Made by a program: the position numbers and the translations under genes. From positions 1 through 52,401 of the IMG/VR virus record IMGVR_UViG_3300044990_000705: 52,401 bases of DNA, one strand, 5' to 3'. The notes under the pieces were generated by a model, which saw only the letters and a list, made by a program, of their open reading frames with translations, was not told the origin of the DNA and did no database searches. This document shows, piece by piece, positions 29,023 to 38,463 of the stretch; the first letter of the stretch is position 1, and each line of letters opens with the position of its first letter. This stretch comes from a virus. Lineage: Duplodnaviria > Caudoviricetes.

Positions 29023-29460
29023 ATGGGAATGTTTAGTATATTTGATCAGATTGGAAGTGGGATAGAGAATAATCCAGAGCAATTTGCAATCTTGATGGAT
29101 AAACTTGGCCAGGGAATAGCGCCAGGGAATGCTATGGCTGGGCTTGGAACGCAGTTTGGCCAGAGTTCTTTGATGAACAAGGCAAAGAAAGAGCAAGATG
29201 CGGATAAGAAGGGATTCATGGATAGGATTATGAGCCAACTTGGTGGGCTTACTCCACAGGGGATGGCAGGAGTTAATAATATCAAGACTACATTGGACAA
29301 AGATGGAGTGCCAGAGACCTCAATTAGCTTTAACCCTCCAGTAAAATCAGGTCTTGGGTCGTTAAGTGGCATGGTACAGCAACAGCAACAGCAACCTCAG
29401 CCACAGCAACCTCAACAAAGGCAGCAGATTAATAGCATGTTTGGTGTCTCCCCTTTCTGA
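29023..29460 (+). CDS. Putative ejection protein, short form
   Basis: GGAGG + ATG 29023; G/Q-rich; ends on the slippery heptamer C CCT TTC then TGA. Confidence 0.6.
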   Translation: MGMFSIFDQIGSGIENNPEQFAILMDKLGQGIAPGNAMAGLGTQFGQSSLMNKAKKEQDADKKGFMDRIMSQLGGLTPQGMAGVNNIKTTLDKDGVPETSISFNPPVKSGLGSLSGMVQQQQQQPQPQQPQQRQQINSMFGVSPF

Positions 29461-29495
29461 ATGCCCTGGCAGGATCAGGGGACACGCCAAGTGTC
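29451..29495 (+). other. Putative -1 programmed ribosomal frameshift signal
   Basis: X XXY YYZ heptamer in the correct frame, followed by stem-loops/possible pseudoknot; -1 frame is open into ORF 29535. Confidence 0.7.
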
Positions 29496-29534
29496 AACCT
29501 GACAGGGTTAACTCCGGAGCAGATAGCACAAGTT

Positions 29535-30332
29535 ATGAGTCTGGATCAGCATCAGCAACAGTTGAAGAATCAAACATTAGCTAATATTTATTCTATGTTT
29601 GACAAGCAGAATGATAACCAGAGAGAGGATGTGAAACTTGCACAGGCTAATCAACTTGCACAGCAGAAACTCTATTGGGAAGGTCTGGCAAAGGAAGCAG
29701 CCATTAATAAAGACTATGTCCAGGCAAACTTGTATGCAGAGCAAGCGAAGAGAGTTAGCACACAAATGCAAGCTGATATTGCCAATGCAGCACAGAGTTA
29801 TGCAAGTGCAAATGCCAGCAATGCAAGTGCAGCGCTTTCGCGTGATAGGATAGGAACATCAGGGAAAGAGTTTGGGTTGATAACTAATCCAGAAACAGGA
29901 GTTGCAGAGCAAGCTCTTATTGATGTCCGAACAGGGAATCCAATAGCAACTTATGGCCCTGCCACGCCGAAGCAACTTGGGACAGGTGGAAGTAAATCAT
30001 CAAAGGATATGGCTTATGAGGCTCTTGATGATTTTAACAAGGCTAGAACTTATCGAGACAAAGAAACAAATGAACCAAAGTTTGGGCGTATAGTTATGCA
30101 AACCCAACTGGATGCTATGAATGAGGCTTTTACGAAAGCAGGGTTGCCGAAGTATAAGAAGTTCTCATTGCAGAAACTCGACACAGGTCTGGGAGATGAT
30201 ATGAATGACCAGGCACCGCTTGATCTTGTGCTACCAGAGAACGCAACAAGGATGGATGTGGTTAATAGTTTGATGAATGACTATGGATTGAGTAAGAAAG
30301 AAGCAGTAACGTGGGCAAATACACTTGATTAA
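29535..30332 (+). CDS. Putative ejection protein, C-terminal part (likely expressed by frameshift)
   Basis: Frame is open back to 29451; Q/A-rich helical; poor RBS at 29535. Confidence 0.6.
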   Translation: MSLDQHQQQLKNQTLANIYSMFDKQNDNQREDVKLAQANQLAQQKLYWEGLAKEAAINKDYVQANLYAEQAKRVSTQMQADIANAAQSYASANASNASAALSRDRIGTSGKEFGLITNPETGVAEQALIDVRTGNPIATYGPATPKQLGTGGSKSSKDMAYEALDDFNKARTYRDKETNEPKFGRIVMQTQLDAMNEAFTKAGLPKYKKFSLQKLDTGLGDDMNDQAPLDLVLPENATRMDVVNSLMNDYGLSKKEAVTWANTLD

Positions 30333-30344
30333 TGGAGATTGATT

Positions 30345-33300
30345 ATGGCACTTGGAGCAAAGATTCAATTAGATGGTAGCAAGAATTCTCTTGGACCTAA
30401 AATCCAACTTGATGAGGTTGGAAGTGGAGCTCCAAGTTTCATAGATCAAGTTGCTAATGCAGGTTTAGGTGCAGTGGATGCAATTGGGAGTTTGGCAGGC
30501 CAAGCAGTTTCATTCCCAGCAAGCTTGGCGTATGAAGCAGCAGGGCATTTAACTGGGCAAGGGAAAGATGTTGCAAAGCAGTGGGGACAGATACCAGGTT
30601 ATTACACACAGCCAGGGATGATTACTGGTGCGGTTAGATCACTTGCGGGGTTGCCAAGTATTCCACAAGAACAGACTATGGCGGCGAAGTATAGTGAGCC
30701 AATAGCTAAGGCATTTGAGACACTTATTCCATCACAGCAGATTGAAGAAGGTCTTGGTAGGGCAAAGGAACTTGGGGCACCAGAGAAGGTGACTGATGCA
30801 CTTGCTTTTGGTGCTTCGAAGTTCATTGAGTTGATGGCATTTGGAGGTTATCATAAGATAGCAACAGGGGCTATAGGAAAGATCAAAGGGAAGTTAAAGG
30901 AGTATCAGAAAGCACCTACCCCACAAGCACAAGCACAGGCCCAAGGTGATTTGCTTGGAGAGTTGGAAGGAGTTCTTGGAAAACTCAATGAGAAAGGTGT
31001 GGACATTACGGAGTTGAAAGCAACAATTCCAACAATAGCAGACACTCCCATAGCAAGTGAGATGGCAGCCAGAAATGCCCAGACAGCACAAAGGACTAAT
31101 GCTGAGAGCCAGCAGTTTATGCAATCAAGATCAGCACTACAGCAGGCATTAGAGGCTAATGTTCCAAAACCAGAGCCACCAGCCATCATAGAGCCAAAGC
31201 AAACTGGGTTGACCCCGCAAGAGACATTGGAAGCAGCTAAAGTTAATAAGAACCTGACAGGTGATCCACAGATAGTTTCACCTGATGAGTTCAAGACTTT
31301 AGTAGATCAGCAAGCCAAAGTTCCAACACAAGAGAATGTCAGCGCTAAGCTTGAAGCTATGAGAGCAGAAGCAAAAGCGAGGATAGCAGCTGAGCAGAAC
31401 AGGCCGGCAGCAGGTGCAGAAATACCAGTTAGATTGCAACAAGAGGCAGAGAGGACAAATCAGATAGCAAGGGAAGCAGTTAGCAGGCAGAGATCACTTC
31501 AGCAGATGTTGCAGAAAGGAGTGCCGAAAGAAGAGGTTAAGGCTTATCAGCCATCGCCAGCGAAGGTTGAGCCGATAGTTGAGACTGTAAAACAGGCTGA
31601 GGTAAAAGCTGAGCCGCAAAAACCAGTGGTTACTGAAGAACTTTCACCAGCTGTTAGTGAGCAATTGCTAGTTGAGCCAGCTAAAGTTGAGCCACTTAAA
31701 CCAGAACCTGTTGTTGAGAGCAAAGTGGTGAATGAGCCAACCTCTGTTCAAAAAATGAACATAGTTGAAGAGCCAAAACTAGCAAAGAAACCACGTGAAG
31801 TTGTTTTAATTGAAAGAGAAAAACCAGTTTACCATAAATCATCTAATCTTGAATCACTTGAAAATGGATTTCAGAAAAGAGATCTTGGAATTTCATTCTC
31901 CAAAACGCCGGAAACAACATATAGTTCACCAAGAAAACAAGAACCAATTGGGACTATTGGCCAAGTTGAGGCAACATTAAAAGGAAAAGGGCTTAACTAT
32001 CTGAGAAAATCTCATAAGGATTTGATTGAGAATCTTTATGAAGAAGCAACAAAGCAAGATGGACCTTATGATCCATATGTTATTAGCAAACTTCGTGAAA
32101 TGGGAGTTGACTTTGTAGAAAATTTTAATGGCTATGGCAAATCAAGAGAGGGAGAAGTTCATGTTTTAAATCCAGATGCTGTTAAGATAAATAAAACTAC
32201 AAAATTATCTGACTCACTTGATCCAAAAGAAAGAGCAAGGGTTAGTAGGTCTGGACTTTCACAAGATAGTCTTATAACAAAGTTTGAAACAAACAAAGAA
32301 GCAAAGCAGTCTTATGAACTCAACAAGAGACAATTTGCTACAGTAGATGAAGCTAAGACATTCTTTGATACCATACCACAAGAGATTAGGAATGAGTTCT
32401 CACCAGAGATTTTAAAGGTTGGAAAGAAGTATAGGATCGGCACAAAGATCTTGACTGAGATGCCAGAAGAGGAGATAGTAGCTAAGATCAAAGACACAGT
32501 TAAAGAGCTTGAAGATATGGAGCAAGGTAGAGATGTTCCCATGCCGAAGATGGCTGAGCAAATGACAGGTGATCAGGTTTACAAGGCCGTGACAGATATG
32601 ATCCCAGACATCCAAGCAGCACTACAGAATGGCACTAATGTGGAAGTGGTGCACCAGAAACTGGCAAACCTTGGAGATCATGCAGCTACATCACTGGAGT
32701 TTGAGTTGCTTGATAAGATTGAAAGTATGTTGCCGCAGTTGTGGAAGAAGAAAATGGAGATAGATAGTGTGCTTGAAAAGCAATTCTCAGATGCACATAA
32801 AGCAGACATGAAGAGTGCCAAGACAACTGCGGGTGGGAAGGAGATAAAGGTAGATGCAAGTGGATATAATGGAGTTAGTGTTAAGGATATTAAGAACACA
32901 GCAACAGCCATCAACAAGATTGTGGGAAATATAGGAGCAGTTGGTACTGAGGTAGGTGGTGGGAAGCAGAGTAGGTTGAGCTTGTTGAATCAGGCTGAGA
33001 TAGATTCCATTAGAAGGGTTAAAGAAGCAGCACAGAAAGCAGGGAAAGAAGTAGGAGAGTTCTTACTTGAGCTTGGTATGACAAGAGATAACGCACAGAA
33101 GATAGTGGAGACCATTGGTGAGATGGGAGAGGAGAAGGTAGGTAGGAAGGAATTGAGATCTACACCAGAGCAAGTTCAGAGAGTTACTGATGGACTTGAA
33201 AGTGAGATGGATAAGATCAGGAATCCCATTAAGAAGTATTATCAAGAGATGTATGATAAGAGGCAGATGGTTGATACTTATCGACCAGGAGATGGGAATT

Positions 33301-35225
33301 ATCAGAGACAGTTGCCAGGCACTCCACAGACACCACCAGAGTTAAGTGGCAAAGGAATGGGACATACAGCACTATCGCCGCACAACGTTCTTAATGTTTT
33401 CAAAAGTGGTGATAACCCAGTGACTGATGTTATTAAGTCTCATAATGCTTTCACACGGAATGTTAGCAATGGAAAGAAGTGGATAAAGGATTTGCTGAAA
33501 GATGTGCCAGAGATGTCAGCAGAGGCGCAGAAGAAGTTTGAAAATATCTATGATCAGTATAGTGATAGATACAAGCTGAGGGCACAGATAGGCAGGTCAG
33601 TTGCTTCACTTGAGAAGAGGATAGCGAAGAAGAGTGGAAGTCAGAAGGCAGCACTTGAGAAAGAGTTAAAGATAGAGCAAGCAAAGTTTGGTGAAGCTAA
33701 TAAGATGGCAGCTGATATGGCTGCGGATTTTGACACTTTGATAAACTCACCAGAAAGCCCAGCCCTCACTGAGCCAACAGTTAGAATTATGCTTGCTGCA
33801 GATGGCACACTGCCAAGCCATATTAAGTTGAGTCCACTTGAAGCAGATGTAGCAGCGAAGATTAGAACATACTTTGATTCCACAGCAGAGGATATGAAAG
33901 CACTTGGAATGCCAGTGAAAGAGGGTTATGTGCACAGAGTGTGGAAGCCACTTGTTAATAAAGATGTTTTGGAGAGCTCGTTCTTCCAGAGATCTATGAG
34001 AACTCCTTCGATGTTGCGGCAGATGAGCCAGTTGCCAGATGGTAGAACTTGGTTTCCGGATGCTAAAGCCACGTTGGAAAGTTATGTGCCAATTATAGAG
34101 CGAGAGCTTGCTTATAATCCATTCTTGGATAGGTGGAGTAGCTTCATAGATAAGACTGAGAGTCCAAAATTAAGGGCTTATATGCAACAGTGGGTGAATG
34201 ATAACCTTTATCGTAAGCCTGATAGTTTCATGGGCAATGTGAATGCAGCGGCTACAGCGTTTGAGTTTGCTCGTTTGATAGGCCTGTCATTGCCAGTTGC
34301 ATTTAAGCATTTGATGAAAGTGTGGGGCACGACAAGCCAGAACTCGCTTGATGTTAATGCACTTGCGCTTGCAGATACAATGAAAGCACTTGGACAGTTT
34401 ACGAAAGAGAAGTTTGGAGGGATTCCGAAAGATAAAGAGCTTGAAGTGTTTCGATCGTATGTGACTACCAGAGATATTGTTAAATCACTTGATGAGTCAC
34501 CTATAAGTGGTATGCTGGATATGGTTAAGGGTATTCTTGGATCACCTACAGCAACGATAGAAGCTTTTGATAATGGAATCTCAGTGTTCTCAGCGATTCG
34601 TAAAGGGGCGAAGAAAGGAATAGATAGCCAGACCACTGAGAGGGCGATGATTAGAACTATTCTTGATGTCAACTTCAGGTCTGGTTGGGATCAGCCACTT
34701 TGGCTCAAAACAGATGCAGCCAGGTGGATGTTGATGTTCCAGAGCACGCCATATAAGTCAGCAGAATTGAAGTATCAGATGATAAAGCGAGCACTTAATA
34801 ATGAAAGAGATGCTTTTGGTACACACTATGGACAACAGTTGTTGAAATATATGCTAACTATTGGAGCAGTAGAGGCTATTGCCAGGGCTAATGATACATC
34901 AGTTTTAGAGCAAGTTATGCACATGCCATTCTTCAGCCATTGGTTAGCAGGGTCAAAGGAGCAGCCAGGTGTGAAGTTGCACATACCCAAAACTGCGACG
35001 AGTCCACTTGTGGGGTTGGCTTATCATATGAGTTCAAATAGGAAGGGCGCACCAGCAGGATTCAGGGAGCAGTTTGGACTTGATAGAAATTTCCTGCCAA
35101 CAAGGAAAAGTAGTCCGAGTTTGAATAGATATATGAATGCAGCAGATGGGAATAAGAGGAAGTTCAACACTATAACGCAGATGATTCTGGGATTGCAGCC
35201 ACTTGAAGGTGAGAGTGGAAGGTGA
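30345..35225 (+). CDS. Large internal virion / polyvalent ejection protein with an ART-like domain
   Basis: About 1626 aa, helical; last structural gene; VYHKS..GISFS..EVHVLNPDAVK segment. Confidence 0.7.
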   Translation: MALGAKIQLDGSKNSLGPKIQLDEVGSGAPSFIDQVANAGLGAVDAIGSLAGQAVSFPASLAYEAAGHLTGQGKDVAKQWGQIPGYYTQPGMITGAVRSLAGLPSIPQEQTMAAKYSEPIAKAFETLIPSQQIEEGLGRAKELGAPEKVTDALAFGASKFIELMAFGGYHKIATGAIGKIKGKLKEYQKAPTPQAQAQAQGDLLGELEGVLGKLNEKGVDITELKATIPTIADTPIASEMAARNAQTAQRTNAESQQFMQSRSALQQALEANVPKPEPPAIIEPKQTGLTPQETLEAAKVNKNLTGDPQIVSPDEFKTLVDQQAKVPTQENVSAKLEAMRAEAKARIAAEQNRPAAGAEIPVRLQQEAERTNQIAREAVSRQRSLQQMLQKGVPKEEVKAYQPSPAKVEPIVETVKQAEVKAEPQKPVVTEELSPAVSEQLLVEPAKVEPLKPEPVVESKVVNEPTSVQKMNIVEEPKLAKKPREVVLIEREKPVYHKSSNLESLENGFQKRDLGISFSKTPETTYSSPRKQEPIGTIGQVEATLKGKGLNYLRKSHKDLIENLYEEATKQDGPYDPYVISKLREMGVDFVENFNGYGKSREGEVHVLNPDAVKINKTTKLSDSLDPKERARVSRSGLSQDSLITKFETNKEAKQSYELNKRQFATVDEAKTFFDTIPQEIRNEFSPEILKVGKKYRIGTKILTEMPEEEIVAKIKDTVKELEDMEQGRDVPMPKMAEQMTGDQVYKAVTDMIPDIQAALQNGTNVEVVHQKLANLGDHAATSLEFELLDKIESMLPQLWKKKMEIDSVLEKQFSDAHKADMKSAKTTAGGKEIKVDASGYNGVSVKDIKNTATAINKIVGNIGAVGTEVGGGKQSRLSLLNQAEIDSIRRVKEAAQKAGKEVGEFLLELGMTRDNAQKIVETIGEMGEEKVGRKELRSTPEQVQRVTDGLESEMDKIRNPIKKYYQEMYDKRQMVDTYRPGDGNYQRQLPGTPQTPPELSGKGMGHTALSPHNVLNVFKSGDNPVTDVIKSHNAFTRNVSNGKKWIKDLLKDVPEMSAEAQKKFENIYDQYSDRYKLRAQIGRSVASLEKRIAKKSGSQKAALEKELKIEQAKFGEANKMAADMAADFDTLINSPESPALTEPTVRIMLAADGTLPSHIKLSPLEADVAAKIRTYFDSTAEDMKALGMPVKEGYVHRVWKPLVNKDVLESSFFQRSMRTPSMLRQMSQLPDGRTWFPDAKATLESYVPIIERELAYNPFLDRWSSFIDKTESPKLRAYMQQWVNDNLYRKPDSFMGNVNAAATAFEFARLIGLSLPVAFKHLMKVWGTTSQNSLDVNALALADTMKALGQFTKEKFGGIPKDKELEVFRSYVTTRDIVKSLDESPISGMLDMVKGILGSPTATIEAFDNGISVFSAIRKGAKKGIDSQTTERAMIRTILDVNFRSGWDQPLWLKTDAARWMLMFQSTPYKSAELKYQMIKRALNNERDAFGTHYGQQLLKYMLTIGAVEAIARANDTSVLEQVMHMPFFSHWLAGSKEQPGVKLHIPKTATSPLVGLAYHMSSNRKGAPAGFREQFGLDRNFLPTRKSSPSLNRYMNAADGNKRKFNTITQMILGLQPLEGESGR
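31742..31764. repeat. 23-bp palindromic motif, copy 11 (intragenic)
   Basis: ctctgttcaaaaaatgaacatag within the large CDS. Confidence 0.88.
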
Positions 35226-35235
35226 TAAGGTGAAG

Positions 35236-35276
35236 TGAACACAGTTAGTTTGTGATGATAACTGTGTTCATTTTTT
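35236..35276 (+). terminator. Intrinsic terminator at the convergence of the two arms
   Basis: 12-bp stem tgaacacagtta/taactgtgttca followed by T6. Confidence 0.7.
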
Positions 35277-35284
35277 AAACATAG
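35262..35284. repeat. 23-bp palindromic motif, copy 12
   Basis: ctgtgttcattttttaaacatag. Confidence 0.85.
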
Positions 35285-35287
35285 TTG

Positions 35288-35485
35288 TTATTCAAAATCA
35301 AAACTTTTGTCAAGATCTTTTAATATAAAACTATCAACCTTGAGGTCAAAATTTCCAGCTTTTGTGAATAGAGTTATTGTATGGTCTTCTGTTTCCGCGT
35401 ATATTCCATTATCTTTATAGCCACAGATAGCACTACTACGAAAATAATAAAGCTTGTTTTCTTTATCTATAAACTCAAGGATCAT
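35288..35485 (-). CDS. Hypothetical protein
   Basis: 65 aa; ATGA overlap; GGAGG RBS. Confidence 0.6.
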   Translation of the reverse strand: MILEFIDKENKLYYFRSSAICGYKDNGIYAETEDHTITLFTKAGNFDLKVDSFILKDLDKSFDFE

Positions 35486-36423
35486 TTATCTACCTCCCAC
35501 TTTATGTTTAGTTTTTCACTTGCCCATTTTAATGCTTCCAAATGTTCCCTATTTTCTGCTCCAATATCTTTTAAAATCTGTCGTGCTTCTTTTTTATTCA
35601 TCCCTTTTGCTAATAGATCATAAGCCATAACTCTAAATTTACCTAATCTTGTACCATCTTCCCTGAAAGTTTCTGGTGGCTTTTGTTTTATTTCCTCTGC
35701 CACAAAACCAGTCTCAATTATTCCACGCTCAGTTATTCTAAATTTAAAAGGAGGAGACTTTGCCGCAAGATTCAATTTGGCTTGTGTTATTATTCTCCTG
35801 TCACTTCCTTCTCCATCCTCATCAAGAAGTAAAACCGACCTGGCAAGATCCGAGACAGCAGCACTACCAGCGATAGAATCAAGTGAAAGTGATGATTCCA
35901 TATTTTGTTTCTTGTTCACATGCGCCAGTAATAAAATTCCAGTTTTATAAACTGATGCCGTTTCTTGTAGTTGTTCAAAATATGTAGCAGCTCTATTACG
36001 TTCCTGTAACTCAATTAATCGTGCGATTACAGTTAGAGAATCTAAGATAATTAAATCCGGTTTTACATCTTTTATTAACAGTTGTATTTTGTACACATCT
36101 GTCGGACTACCAGTGTCAATCATTCCACTTATTGGTTCCCGATTTCCAACAAGTTTTAGCTTCTTCCAGTTTGGCAAATCCCATTCATAGCAACGTTTCC
36201 TTATCAATGATCCACTGCGCTCAGCATCAAAGATTAGAATTGTCTTTCCTTCTCCAGCGAGTTTATCTGCGAGCCATAAAGAGAACCCACTTTTTCCAAC
36301 TCCGCCACGAGAAGCGAGTATAGTGATGTAGTTTTTTGGTACTAACGGTTCCCACAGCCACTCAATATCACCAATCTTTTCCATAAGATCCTCAATGTCA
36401 AACACTTCATAGTTTTTACTCAT
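35482..36423 (-). CDS. RecA-fold ATPase/helicase (AAA_25/RepA-like)
   Basis: EWLWEPLVP, ASRGGVGKS, LIILDSL, LLAHVNK, GSAA..ARSV; start may be 36423 or 36441. Confidence 0.8.
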   Translation of the reverse strand: MSKNYEVFDIEDLMEKIGDIEWLWEPLVPKNYITILASRGGVGKSGFSLWLADKLAGEGKTILIFDAERSGSLIRKRCYEWDLPNWKKLKLVGNREPISGMIDTGSPTDVYKIQLLIKDVKPDLIILDSLTVIARLIELQERNRAATYFEQLQETASVYKTGILLLAHVNKKQNMESSLSLDSIAGSAAVSDLARSVLLLDEDGEGSDRRIITQAKLNLAAKSPPFKFRITERGIIETGFVAEEIKQKPPETFREDGTRLGKFRVMAYDLLAKGMNKKEARQILKDIGAENREHLEALKWASEKLNIKWEVDK

Positions 36424-36494
36424 AGTAATTGATTCCCACATTTGGTTGTTGGTGTATTATTTCCCGTATTTTTTTATTAATACGTTTTATTATT

Positions 36495-36523
36495 AAAATA
36501 CACAAAAAACAATACATTGTCAA
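36495..36523 (-). promoter_or_regulatory. Putative sigma70-type promoter
   Basis: TTGACA-17 nt-TATTTT upstream of the AAA_25 gene. Confidence 0.55.
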
Positions 36524-36549
36524 CAAACAAATTCCAACATTTAACATGC

Positions 36550-36572
36550 CTATGTTCATTTTTTAAACAGAG
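36550..36572. repeat. 23-bp palindromic motif, copy 13
   Basis: ctatgttcattttttaaacagag, abutting the stop codon of ORF 36573. Confidence 0.88.
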
Positions 36573-36761
36573 TTATTTTCCATTCTCCCTAATAACTCCT
36601 ATCGCCCTTTCCGCCATAGCCTCTGCCCAGCCAATATGATAGCCAGTTTCAAAGCCAAAAGCAACTTGCATTTCCACATCCAGTTGCCTACGCTGGAATT
36701 CTTTGCTTGCTTCCCAATAATACTCTCTGCCCCGTTGTAGTTCAATCACCCTATCGTCCAT
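36573..36761 (-). CDS. Hypothetical protein
   Basis: ATG 36761 with GAGG RBS. Confidence 0.55.
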   Translation of the reverse strand: MDDRVIELQRGREYYWEASKEFQRRQLDVEMQVAFGFETGYHIGWAEAMAERAIGVIRENGK

Positions 36762-36762
36762 A

Positions 36763-37050
36763 TCACCTCTCCGCATTTTCAAGGAATCTTCGCACGAGTT
36801 GCCTGGTGATGCACTTTGAGAAGTCAAACTTGGTGAGTTGATTCACAATAGCTATCACCGATTGCTCATTCATGTCGTCAAGTTTCATCCTATCTTCAGT
36901 CTGTTTTAGCCATTGCAAGTGAGTTTGCTCGTCCCAAGGAAGTGGGGAAACTATCATCTCTTCATACCACAAACAGCGATCTTCCTGTCCCTCTCCGTGT
37001 TGCTTAGTGCAGAACAAACTGTGCATTATTTCCGCAATTCTTTCGCTCAT
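36763..37050 (-). CDS. Hypothetical protein
   Basis: 95 aa; HxxxCxxxH..C possible metal site. Confidence 0.6.
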   Translation of the reverse strand: MSERIAEIMHSLFCTKQHGEGQEDRCLWYEEMIVSPLPWDEQTHLQWLKQTEDRMKLDDMNEQSVIAIVNQLTKFDFSKCITRQLVRRFLENAER

Positions 37051-37270
37051 CTTTTTGCTTCCTTTTTACACTAGACATTATTAGTTTAAGTAATTCAAAA
37101 CAACCATCACAAGGTTCATGTGAAACATGACCACAGATCACTTTGCCCTGGCCGATTTCGTAGTATTCATAGTTATATAAAAAATCTTTTCCATTGCTAC
37201 ATAGTTGTTTTCTTGTAGCAGTTGTGTGCAAGATTAAAATTCCATTAACTTTTGTTTCCCAAGTTATCAT
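37004..37270 (-). CDS. Hypothetical protein
   Basis: 88 aa, coupled to the upstream gene. Confidence 0.55.
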   Translation of the reverse strand: MITWETKVNGILILHTTATRKQLCSNGKDFLYNYEYYEIGQGKVICGHVSHEPCDGCFELLKLIMSSVKRKQKDERKNCGNNAQFVLH

Positions 37271-38463
37271 CAGTGAAGTCCTCTTATTTCAGGCACCTTG
37301 TATACAATCAAAGTGTCATCAGGATATATCTTGCGTTGGACAAAGTTCATAGCTTCAAGTGTGCAGATTACTTTCTCAAGTCCCTGGACATCCACATCAC
37401 CTCTGTGCATCATAAGCAGATCGCTTACACGGATACCAGACTGGCCAGCCATACTAACATTAACCATGATCTTTGATAGCACGTCTGCGTGAGTTGCCTT
37501 GCCCACACCACTGAATGTGTTAGGCATGTTTTTTTCCGCTTCCTTTAGCATCTCAATTGCCCTTACCAGGTCATCTGCAGTTACCAGCATTTCATTAGAG
37601 CGGCTTGCACTCATAATCATGCTAAGTTTTAGCACATGATTTCCTCTGCGTTGAAAATAGCCATCGAATTTGTTATCTTTAAATGGCAGATTTTCTTCGT
37701 GGTGTGAGTACCACTCGATCCATAGTTCTTTCATCTCTTCAGTGTAGGTGAACTCACCGGATAGCATTCTCATTTGCTCAAGATCATGCAACAGGCCAGG
37801 GAAGAGATCTTTTTCCAGTGAAGTGAAAGGAACTATTTTCTCTTTGTCCCACTCAAATATAAATATAATTCGTGAAGTAAGTCCACCACCAATAGCATCA
37901 ATAGGCATGGTAGCACGGATAAGGTCAGGAGTGATAGCGCCAAAGAGGTTAACATAGACACCTACAATTTCATCTGTCCCCATTGTCTTTGTTCGGTAAG
38001 TCCATTTGTTTTTGCAGTCGTACCAGTCGGTTAGATCGCTGATAAGTTGGGTTTGGTTATAGCCAATAAAGACCGCAAGTTCCTGTGCCCAAATAGTTAG
38101 CGAGCAATGAAAGGTTCGCTTGCCAGTCTTGAGATCTAAGTCATTGTCATTTGCACCTTGGAGTTCCTGTATCAATGCTTCACGAGTGATAGCTTCAGCA
38201 GCAACCTTTATGTTAAGTTTCTCTATGAAAGGAAAAGCGATGTTCATAGCAGTTCCCTTGCGTGCAGCGGGAGGGCCAACCAGGGCTATGTACATGTTAG
38301 GGTAGAAGGTCAAGGAGCCAAAGACAAACTTACACTTTCGCTGCAAACAAGCAGCAATCAAGCTAATGGCAGACCAAGTGTGATAGCTTGTTGGAGGCTC
38401 AGTGTTTCTGGCATACTGCATGTAAGTTGAGATCCAATCGCTATGAATTCGTGGCTCTGTCAT
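37270..38463 (-). CDS. DUF3987-like ATPase, putative replicative helicase
   Basis: TEPP..YH.W, NMYIALVGPPAARKGTAM, GLTSRIIF; adjacent to the DNA polymerase. Confidence 0.7.
   Translation of the reverse strand: MTEPRIHSDWISTYMQYARNTEPPTSYHTWSAISLIAACLQRKCKFVFGSLTFYPNMYIALVGPPAARKGTAMNIAFPFIEKLNIKVAAEAITREALIQELQGANDNDLDLKTGKRTFHCSLTIWAQELAVFIGYNQTQLISDLTDWYDCKNKWTYRTKTMGTDEIVGVYVNLFGAITPDLIRATMPIDAIGGGLTSRIIFIFEWDKEKIVPFTSLEKDLFPGLLHDLEQMRMLSGEFTYTEEMKELWIEWYSHHEENLPFKDNKFDGYFQRRGNHVLKLSMIMSASRSNEMLVTADDLVRAIEMLKEAEKNMPNTFSGVGKATHADVLSKIMVNVSMAGQSGIRVSDLLMMHRGDVDVQGLEKVICTLEAMNFVQRKIYPDDTLIVYKVPEIRGLH

Noticed and set aside
3447-35242. Numerous antisense and nested ORFs in the six-frame track
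   Set aside because: They are shadows of long genes on the opposite strand or frame, without RBS or recognisable motifs
35482-36441. ParA partner for ParB (RGGVGKS resembles KGGVGKT)
   Set aside because: The rest of the protein (WLW..VP, IILDSL, LAHVNK, GS..ARSV) fits the AAA_25/RepA RecA-fold family, and the signature Lys is Arg
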